A stretch of DNA of 64,000 nt from Entomortierella parvispora E1425 (Eukaryota; Fungi; Mortierellomycota). A model generated the notes under the pieces. It was not told the origin of the DNA. It saw nothing but the letters and a program-made list of their open reading frames with translations, and ran no database searches. This document shows positions 35,170 through 44,814 of the stretch, piece after piece; the stretch's first letter is position 1, and every line of letters starts with the position of its first letter. The stretch is taken from NCBI GenBank assembly GCA_020891255.1, contig BQFW01000011.1, positions 744,001 through 808,000 of the forward strand, in the 5' to 3' direction. Both the position numbers and the translations under genes were made by a program.

Positions 35170-36592
35170 AATAATATAGGTGTGGTGTACCAAAATGGTC
35201 AAGGCGTCCCTCAGGATCATCAGAAAGCTATGGAGTAGAACCTGAAGGCTTCAGATCCAATTCCCAATACAGCATTGGCAAGCTGTATCACCATAGCAGA
35301 GGTGTTACCCAAAGCTTTAAAGGAGCCTTGAGGTGGATTCTGATGGCGGCCGTTCAAGGACACGTCGTTTCTCAGTATCAAATAGGATAATGTGTCGTTT
35401 TGGTGAAGGAGTCAGCCAGGATGACTGAAAAGCTATGGACTGGTTTTCGAGGGCGGCCAATCAAGGATAGGCTAAAGCCCAATACAACGCCCGCTTTATA
35501 CTTCATATGGGTAAAGGTGCTCTTCGGCACTGTTGGAAAGCTGTGGAATGGTATTTGAAGGCTGCTGATCAAGGACACGTCGGTGCTCATTACAACTTGG
35601 GCGTGATGTACCTTGAAGACGAGGGCGTTACCAAGAACTACCAAAAGGCTATGGAATGTATTTTGAAGGCCGCCAAACAAGGACTCCAAGGCCCAGCGAA
35701 ATATTGCCGTGGTACCGTGGCGGCCTGGGCGTTGCCTAGGATATACAGAAAGCTCGGGAGTGGTTTGATAAGTCCGTCGACCTAAAAAAAAATTGAAATA
35801 GCCCAACAATGTCCCACCCCTCACTGCTGAGATTTACTCTTGAAGCGCGGGCAGGGAGAAGGTCCACTCTGTGGGTGGGGCCACAAACACTGGGAAGCAA
35901 GGACCCCACTCGCCTTTGAGGCATGGCTGCTATGAATACTGGACTTACTTTTTGAAAATAAACTGTGACAATTTCTTCCTGTTGGCCTCTTGACAATGGG
36001 AAGAAAAAACCGGAGTTCAAGTAGAGAGAAACACCCCTTACAGCAGCCTTGGGAGTTGTATTGATCGAATCTGTTGATATTCAGTCATTTTCATCTCGTC
36101 ATTAATGATGAATGATTAGGCTGGTCTGATCGTGTTAGCACCTCCATGGTATTTACCCAACAGGACGTCTCTTCCCTGTAATGCTCATCGAGCCAGCATC
36201 TTGCAAGAATGCGGACCAAATCTCGCCCTCCTGAAAAGAACACAGGCGCTGTCCACGATTGAAGCCGCCTCCTAAGCTCACACGCTGTTGTATTCTTGCG
36301 CCAAGTCGATGGAGTGATGGGGAAAAGAGAGGGCCGCTTGTTGTGTGTGTGCGCTTTTTTTTTTTTTTTTTTGTTCCATCAAGTTTTTATTCTCATTCTT
36401 TCTAGACACTATGTTCTGTGGACCTTGTTGTCTTGGCTCTTGGCTCTTGAGGATCTGTTCACTTTTCTTGGCTCTGCTTCTTGAGGACCGGCTTGTCAGT
36501 TCTGTTCTTGAGGATCTATCCCTATTAAACCTCTTGCCAAAGAGGGGTGGGTGGGAAGGGGAGGGGTGGACAGGGAAGGAAGCTTACCATAT

Positions 36593-36947
36593 CATCAAGT
36601 CATCAAGTCATCAAGTCATCAAGTCATCGAGTCATCAAGTCATCAAAGCCAACAAGTCATCAAGTCATCGTAAACAAGACAGCATTCACACATCAAAGCA
36701 TCATAATCAACATAGCATCCATACATCAAAGCCAACAAGTCATCAAGTCATCATAACAAACATAGCATCCATACATCAAAGCCAACAAGTCATCAAGTCA
36801 TCATAACAAACATAGCATCCATACATCAAGGCATCATAACCAAGATAGCATTCAGCATTCATACATCAAAGCATCATAACAAACATAGCATTCATACAAC
36901 AAGTCATCATACATCAAGTCATCATACATCAGGTCATCAGGAGCATC
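36593..36947 (+). repeat. Hierarchical minisatellite in the left arm ((CATCAAGT)x6 plus a 50-bp unit x2.4 plus degenerate units)
   Basis: 50-bp unit catagcatccatacatcaaagccaacaagtcatcaagtcatcataacaaa at 36711-36760 and 36761-36810. Confidence 0.92.
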
Positions 36948-38915
36948 TATCCAGCGGACAAGAGTGAGTGTTTGGTGAGTGCAAGGTTCGTTTCGTTGGG
37001 GAGACAGACTGGGAAAGAAACTGGGAGAGATGGAGAAGGGCTAGAGGCAAGAGTGTTAGGGCAAAAAGCAGGAAAAGCGAAAAGCTATTAGTGTTGAAAG
37101 CAGAAAAGCGGAGAGGAGAGCAAACAGAACATCAGGCGGCAGCTTGGCGAGAAGAGCGAGTGAAGTATTGGATGCGAAGGATGGAAAAGGTGATAGAGAG
37201 GTATGGACAACGGGGCGAGAGAGGGTGGGAACGGTGGATGGGTGGTGGGGCATGGGCATGGTGGCGTGGAAAGGGAAGTGAAATGGGTGAAGAACAAAAA
37301 GAGAAAAGGCGAAAAGCGAAGCAGATAAAGGCAGGCCACACGCACGCACGCAACGTCAGAGGAAGACGGCAACATCGTACAGGCTTCGCTGTTGCTGTTG
37401 ACTGGGAGGGAGATAGGGGAGGAAAGGCAGAAAGAGGAGGACCGAGGAAGAGAGGTGAGAGAAAGAGACGACGGACGGACACACGGGATTGCCAGAGCTG
37501 ATCAAACTCTTTTTTCTTTTTTCTTGTTTTTTTTTTTTGCTTTTTTTTTTTCTTGGGGAGAGGTCCTTTCGTTCAACTGGCAAGACGAAAGGGAATCTGA
37601 AGTAGGAGTGAAGAATGGAGAGAATCTGGAAAGAGAGAAGCTGGAGCACGAGGTGGGGGCAACATCTGCGTTCTGATCTATAATGAAGATTGAGAAAGAG
37701 AGAGAGAAAGAGAGAAAGAGAAAGAAAAAAAGAGAGAGAGATCTCTTGGACAAAACTGATCACCGAGTAGAAGGCCCTTCCTCTCTTCTCTCTCCAGAGG
37801 ACACGCCTCGCTGCACCAGGAGAAAGAGAAGAAACGAAGGAAGGTGCCGATATTGTCAACAAAGCGTAACGTTAGCCAAGATCTTGTGCCTGCTTTATGA
37901 TCAGGGACAAGATGACCATGATACATGGTCCAGAACTCTCTCATCTATTTCTTCTGGCGCTTCACGCTCAACAGCTGTCAATCCTTCCTAACTTGACGGG
38001 CCCACAAGCACCGACAATGTCTGTCAAGTAGCGGAAAGAAGGCTGATGGTCATAACGCGAGGCGTGTCCTTCGGGGGGAAGAGAGGGTATTCTGCTCTAT
38101 AATCAAGCTTGTCCAAGAAATGTCCTTTCTTTCTTTTTTTCTTTCTCTTTCTCTCTTTCTCTCTCTCTTTCTCAATCTTCATTATAGATCAGAACGCAGA
38201 TGTTGCCCCCACCTCGTGCTCCAGCTTCTCTCTTTCCAGATTCTCTCCATTCTTCACTCCTACTTCAGATTCCCTTTCGTCTTGCCAGTTGAACGAAAGG
38301 ACCTCTCCCCAAGAAAAAAAAAAGCAAAAAAAAAAACAAGAAAAAAGAAAAAAGAGTTTGATCAGCTCTGGCAATCCCGTGTGTCCGTCCGTCGTCTCTT
38401 TCTCTCACCTCTCTTCCTCGGTCCTCCTCTTTCTGCCTTTCCTCCCCTATCTCCCTCCCAGTCAACAGCAACAGCGAAGCCTGTACGATGTTGCCGTCTT
38501 CCTCTGACGTTGCGTGCGTGCGTGTGGCCTGCCTTTATCTGCTTCGCTTTTCGCCTTTTCTCTTTTTGTTCTTCACCCATTTCACTTCCCTTTCCACGCC
38601 ACCATGCCCATGCCCCACCACCCATCCACCGTTCCCACCCTCTCTCGCCCCGTTGTCCATACCTCTCTATCACCTTTTCCATCCTTCGCATCCAATACTT
38701 CACTCGCTCTTCTCGCCAAGCTGCCGCCTGATGTTCTGTTTGCTCTCCTCTCCGCTTTTCTGCTTTCAACACTAATAGCTTTTCGCTTTTCCTGCTTTTT
38801 GCCCTAACACTCTTGCCTCTAGCCCTTCTCCATCTCTCCCAGTTTCTTTCCCAGTCTGTCTCCCCAACGAAACGAACCTTGCACTCACCAAACACTCACT
38901 CTTGTCCGCTGGATA

Positions 38916-39270
38916 GATGCTCCTGATGACCTGATGTATGATGACTTGATGTATGATGACTTGTTGTATGAATGCTATGTTTGTTATGATGCTTTGATGT
39001 ATGAATGCTGAATGCTATCTTGGTTATGATGCCTTGATGTATGGATGCTATGTTTGTTATGATGACTTGATGACTTGTTGGCTTTGATGTATGGATGCTA
39101 TGTTTGTTATGATGACTTGATGACTTGTTGGCTTTGATGTATGGATGCTATGTTGATTATGATGCTTTGATGTGTGAATGCTGTCTTGTTTACGATGACT
39201 TGATGACTTGTTGGCTTTGATGACTTGATGACTCGATGACTTGATGACTTGATGACTTGATGACTTGATG
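38916..39270 (-). repeat. Mirror copy of the minisatellite in the right arm
   Basis: Reverse complement of 36593-36947; the + strand reads (ACTTGATG)n / ATGATGACTTG. Confidence 0.92.
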
Positions 39271-40049
39271 ATATGGTAAGCTTCCTTCCCTGTCCACCCC
39301 TCCCCTTCCCACCCACCCCTCTTTGGCAAGAGGTTTAATAGGGATAGATCCTCAAGAACAGAACTGACAAGCCGGTCCTCAAGAAGCAGAGCCAAGAAAA
39401 GTGAACAGATCCTCAAGAGCCAAGAGCCAAGACAACAAGGTCCACAGAACATAGTGTCTAGAAAGAATGAGAATAAAAACTTGATGGAACAAAAAAAAAA
39501 AAAAAAAGCACACACACACAACAAGCGGCCCTCTCTTTTCCCCATCACTCCATCGACTTGGCGCAAGAATACAACAGCGTGTGAGCTTAGAAGGCGGCTT
39601 CAATCGTGGACAGCGCCTGTGTTCTTTTCAGGAGGGCGAGATTTGGTCCGCATTCCTGCAAGATTCTGGCTCGATGAGCAATACCGGGCAAAGACGTCCT
39701 CTTTCAACAAAGAGCGCGCACGGCCGACTGACTTTAAGTTGAATTTGCATTTTTGTGTTACTGTACCACAGAGTGGGGACTTTGCCGACCGTTCAAGGGC
39801 TTACAACTGTGCATCCATATGCACGCATCACCCCGAAAACGTACTTTCATCCTTTCGAGTGCACGCCTTCCTTCTATCTCATAAAGTCATGAAAGCCACG
39901 TTGGTCTCGTTCTGTTGGCTTGTTTTATTCCCATTTGGGCCACATTTTTCTACTCATTCAGCCAGCCCTCCTATACCGTCCTCCCTCATATCTCACCATG
40001 GCTGAATTAGAAAATAGTAGTTTATTTGCAAAAAGATTGTGGTTGTACA

Positions 40050-43000
40050 TTACTCTTTGTCGTGCCGCTTGAAAAGGTCACTCAAGTGCATCGCGCCGCG
40101 CGAAGAAGACCCAGCAGCCGCTGACGGATCAGGACGACTACTGTTCTTGTTGCTAGTGCTCGCGCCTTCTTCCATCTGCGTATCCTGCTCAACTCGGATG
40201 CGGTCCTGTTCCTCAATATCGCGGCTCACAACCCTGACCACACCATTGTCTTCCTCCCGCTCAACCTCATGTATCCTGGTCACAGGTGCTTGCTGTCCTC
40301 GATGAGTATTGACTGGTGGTCGGAGACTGGATGTGGACCGAGAGATACGTGATCCAGCTTCACCCGGGCTGCTTGCGGGCGACTCCGATGGGATATGAGG
40401 ACCCATGGCATGGGTTGCGGGGTGGTTCTCTCTCAGGGACTTTTCGATCTCCTCCGTCTCAATCTCCTCTGATTCGTTCGAGTTGGCTCTTGAGCTGGAC
40501 CGACTCTCGTCCTCTCTCCTGGGAATATCAAAACTAATGCTGGGTTGTGGTGTTTCTCCATTGCTGCTACTGCCACTGGTATTGTTGTTGTTGGCGATCG
40601 TGTTGCGGTTAGCCGCTGCGCCTCTGGAAGCCTCCTTCATCTCCTTTACGACATCTTGTAATGTCCTGACTGTGTTGTTGTTATTGTAGGGCTTGCTCAG
40701 ATCAGGAACTCCAGCAATAGGGAAGCCGCCATAAGGGACACTTCCACCATAACCATATGACCGCTGGTTCACAGAGCGCTGATGGTCATATCCGATGGAT
40801 CGTTGGTTATCAAAGCCCACAGACCGCTGGTTGTCATAACCAATCGAACGTTGGTTATCGTATCCAATTGTCCGCTGCTCCCCATCGCCATCGCCCTGAA
40901 CACTGGATCCACTGATCGTCGGTGGTCGCAAAACAATTTCGTCTCCAATGTTGATATGAGGCAGACGAGAGACGGCATGATTGCTATCCTCGCGTTTCCT
41001 GGACCAAGTGCGGGTGTACGTGTATTGAAGATGAAGCAGTGGGACTGTGACACCATGAATCAAAACCGAGGAAAGTACCATGAACATCACAATAGGAAAG
41101 ATGACGGCTCGAACACGGTTCAACTTGTCAAGGTTATAGGCATCCTCGCCTAGATCCTCAGTCATGGCAGCCGTGACCTTGGAAAAGAAGACAGCTCCGA
41201 CACCAATGGGTCCAAACCATCCTGCAAAAGCCGCCTCACGATAACTGCCTAGTGCTGGAATCAGCGGTTTGAGAGCCACGACAAAAGGTAATCGGCGGAG
41301 CATGAGAATCGCAATCGCCAGCACGACCAGACGCCACACAGACAAGCTCAAGGTCGAATCGGCAAAGCTAGAAAAGGGGATTGATGCCCCAATATAGACG
41401 AAACACGCCAAGTTCAGCAACATATCAATGATTTCCTGAATGTGAGCCTCTGCAATCTCGTTTGAGAACCAATCGCTATTTTTTTTATAGAACAGGGGAA
41501 CAGGAGTGACGGTTAGTGCTGATGATACTTTGGATATTCATTCATCGACGTTGGTTACAAGAAAAAAAGCGAAGCATACTCCCAAGCAAAGACATTTCCA
41601 GCAATAAAGCAGGCAAGCAGATCGTCCGAAGCAAGAATACTGACAATACCAGCTACGGCCAATGCGAGAGCAATCGAGAACACAAGGAAAGACTCTTTGT
41701 CAATCAAGTTTCTATAAATGAGAAGAAAGGTTCAAATGGTCAATACTCCTCGATTCAATTTGTAGGCAGGCTCTCATACAACCCTGGTATTCTCTCTGGA
41801 TCGTTTCGTACCTGTTCTTTGCCCCCTTCACCAGTTTTCTGGCCGCTGCACCGATAACGCCACCAATGACAATACTGAGAATGATTTGGTATGCCCAGAC
41901 AAGGTAGAACCATTTGGCAATAGCGGTTCCTGTTGTTGGCTCTTGCAGGAGATAAAGGCCCAGGAACAAAAATGGCAATCCCATGCCGTCGTTGATACCA
42001 GACTCTGCAGACAACAGGTAGCGGATGCGAGGAGGCACATGCTTCTCTGCGAATCTTCCCTTGACCACAGAGTTGGACAAGACGGGATCTGTGGGTGTAA
42101 CACATGCTGCGATGACCATGGCCTCGACCTAGATTATTCAAAGAGTCGGTGGTTTTTTTTTTTGATTTTGAGGGTCAGTTCAATTGTAGGGATATGCGCA
42201 GTTTGTCCAACCTTGATGATCTATTCTTACATAACCAAGGTTGGGAATAATGCCCCAGATGAGGAGGGCCGATGTGCACCACATCATAATCATCAATGGT
42301 ACGATCATCATAAACAGAGAGAGTCTTTCCTTGACAATATAAGACCTATGTCATCGTAAACAACACGAGGAATGGTAAGTCGATATCCGGCTGAACTGCA
42401 CTTGCTTTTTGCCGCCAAGGGAGGCCGGGGTCGTTGGCCCCCAGTTCAAGCAAAAAAGAAGAGACTGGAGCGGAACATTCTTGTTCCTGAGGAAAGAGAG
42501 GGTCTGATCACTGGATTCCAGAAGCGAGGGCTCTCCATCCCTCGAAGTTCGTGTTCATTCATCTGCAGCTCTCAGTTGTTGATTTTTTGTTTGTCGCGGG
42601 AAAAGAGCGCGCCTTACCTCGGTAACGACACTCCAGCGGCCATCACCTGGACAGCAATGACGATTCTTGTTAGCTCGAGCGTGACGGTGTCATACTCAGA
42701 CCACCCCATGGGATCGAAGATGCCGATGGCATAGGGGCCAATGATGATTCCAAAAGCCGTGGATACGACTAGAGTAGCGTGGAGGTAGAGTTTAGTCGGA
42801 GGCACGATGACGATTAGCGCGAATGTGCACAGCAGCAAGAACACTCAGCACGAGGGGTGACAGAAACAGAATACATCCCCCCATCCGCCCCTTTTCCTTT
42901 CTGCATCTCCAAGAGGGGGCGAGGTAAAAGTCAGGGTCACCATGAAGGTATTGTAATGACAAGGAAAAGATGGGTGGCAAATGAAAAAAGCTTAAAATAA

Positions 43001-44037
43001 GACTTGTCGTGTGGGCGGAGCTCCGCTTTGATTTCGCTCTGTTCCCTGCTCTGTTCCGTGTCTGCGCAGGTCCCTGTCGACTCTCCTGCATCCGGGATCA
43101 GGATCACCGTTGCCTGTATGCAGAAACGCAATTGAAAAATAAAGGAGCATCGCATGGCAAGACTGAGAATCCAACCCTGTCCTGGGCCGAGGCCATTCGA
43201 GTCAGCAGATCAAAAACCGACAATGTACAAAATGGAACAACCAGAAAGAACAAGGAAACTCGATGGATGAACAATTTGGCCGAACTGTTCCTCGGTAACT
43301 TTTTCTGTGTTTGGCTCTCTGGTCGTCATCCAATCTTCCCATCCTGCCCTTGCCCACCCTCACACCACGCTTGCCCCCATCCAGAGAAGGCAACGTGCCT
43401 GTGCTCCGACTCAACTTCTATTTCGGTTCTTCTTTAACCAGGAGAGGCAATGGACAGGTTGCACCTTTACAGCCATCAACATTAAAGGCAACTTCTCCTC
43501 TTTTCTCCGGTCTCCATGCCTGCACTACCTGCCCGTGTACTGTATCCCCTTTTGCACAACACTATGCACTACAACCCCTAGCTCCGTTGTTTTGCGGGCG
43601 ATTGTTTCCAAACAGAAACAAACAAAGGAAAAGAGTTGGGGAGTACGAAGAGAGCAATTCCAAGAATTGTCCATTTTTTTTTTGACCGATTCGCCATTCT
43701 TCGGTACCCAAAAATCTCAGCTGGTCTGTGTGCGGGTGATCCTTCATATCATCAGCGAAAGAATACAGAGAATCCATAGCACAACCAAACTGAAAGCAAG
43801 CTATCACTTGTGGGGGGCGGAAGGTGCCCCTGGCGTAGGGTATCTCATCAAAAGAAAGGGAAAGCTGAAGAAAGTGCTGAAAAAAGACGGCGCAGAGGGC
43901 GGTTACTCACATGCTTCTGAGATAAAGAGCTTTTCCTTGACAAACAAGCTGACGAGACCAAAAAAGATGATAAAACAGCCGAGGAGTGCATAGGCAATAT
44001 GCTCGGGTGATGCCTCAAGCACCAGGGTCGTGGACAT
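40050..44037 (-). CDS. NHA1: Plasma-membrane Na+(K+)/H+ antiporter, Nha1/Sod2 (CPA1) family, multi-exon
   Basis: Exon 1 MSTTLVLEASPEHIAYALLGCF...KEKLFISEA; TPTDPVL, LSAESGINDG, LRRLP, FAGWFGPIGVGAVFF, SSVLIHG. Confidence 0.92.
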
Positions 44038-44814
44038 GGAAAGGGATCAGTTTCTGATAGAGTGGAGGTGCGCGGAGAGCGATGTGAGGGGAGAAGAAAG
44101 TGGCCTTTCTTTCTCAGTGGCAACAACCGTTGAGGAAGAGTGAAAAAAGGAGAAAAGAGCGAGGCTATGATCCAGTGATGAGAAGAGAGGAAGGAGGAGC
44201 GGATCAAGCAAATATGAGCGGGGTGGAGGAGAAGGAGGAGGAGTAGGAGGAAGTCGAGGTCGGTCGACGGAGAAGAGGAGTGGAGAAGAGGAGTGGAGTG
44301 GAGAAGAAAGGTGATGGCAAAGAACAAGAAGCAGAAGCAGAAGAAGGGCCAAAAAAAAAAAAAAAAAAAAACAAACGTCAGTTGCACTTTAAAGTTCAAG
44401 ACCTAAAATAAGTAAGTTGGAGAAAGCGAGGGAGAAGGATGCCCCGGATGATACAGTAGCGAAGGTCGAGAACAAGGGGGGTGAAGGAAAGGTAGAGGAC
44501 CAGAGAACAATGGCAAGGATTGAGGAGCACTAGAGTTGGATGCAATGCGACTGGTCGATGTCACGATGCTCTTGTGAATGGAAAGAAAAAAAAAACGAAA
44601 AAAAACCAGCAAATAGGCAGAAGCGCAGATCGTATGCACGTGATACGCCACCAATTTGTTACTTTTGTATTATTTATTCTGCAAAGGAGAAGGGGAGGGT
44701 ATAGGTGAGAATGTAGTTGTTATCTTCATGCAGTTGCATGCATTGTCGATCGACCTTTCTATATGTAATCAGGCTTGCACAAGTCCGTTCCACTTGCTAG
44801 GTTCCGTTTAAAAT

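Larger units (their letters stand above)
33185..35760 (+). pseudogene. Sel1-repeat pseudogene interrupted by a retrotransposon
   Basis: QNYQNAMEWFLKAADQGQAD (33241-33300), then the LTR; resumes at ~35170 with NNIGVVYQNGQGVPQDHQKAME* and further frameshifted repeats (VEWYLKAADQGHVGAHYNLGVMY). Confidence 0.85.
36162..39700. repeat. Large inverted repeat (palindrome): arms ~36162-37811 and ~38057-39700, spacer ~245 bp
   Basis: Identical mirrored ORF translations (36968-37501+ = 38362-38895-; 36547-36756+ = 39107-39316-) with constant coordinate sum 75863; direct reverse-complement match seen along the arms. Confidence 0.97.

Noticed and set aside
36593-36947. Repeat array as a CRISPR array
   Set aside because: Units are directly tandem with no unique spacers, there are no cas genes, and the context is eukaryotic.
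36968-37501. 177-aa ORF (and its mirror 38362-38895) and other arm ORFs as real genes
   Set aside because: GTG/TTG starts and low-complexity R/G/E/K composition arising from a purine-rich strand; no homology motif.
38800-38810. CCCTAAC as a telomerase RNA template
   Set aside because: Only 7 nt match and the 5' CTAA alignment part is missing; better explained as a CTAAC branch point.
38925-39275. Canonical box C/D snoRNA genes
   Set aside because: Many C-box-like motifs but no paired C...D architecture with terminal stem or rRNA guide that I can see; kept only as a speculative motif array.
36150-39710. Foldback/Mutator transposon with a TSD
   Set aside because: No target-site duplication or sharp termini visible and no transposase; not excluded, but unsupported.
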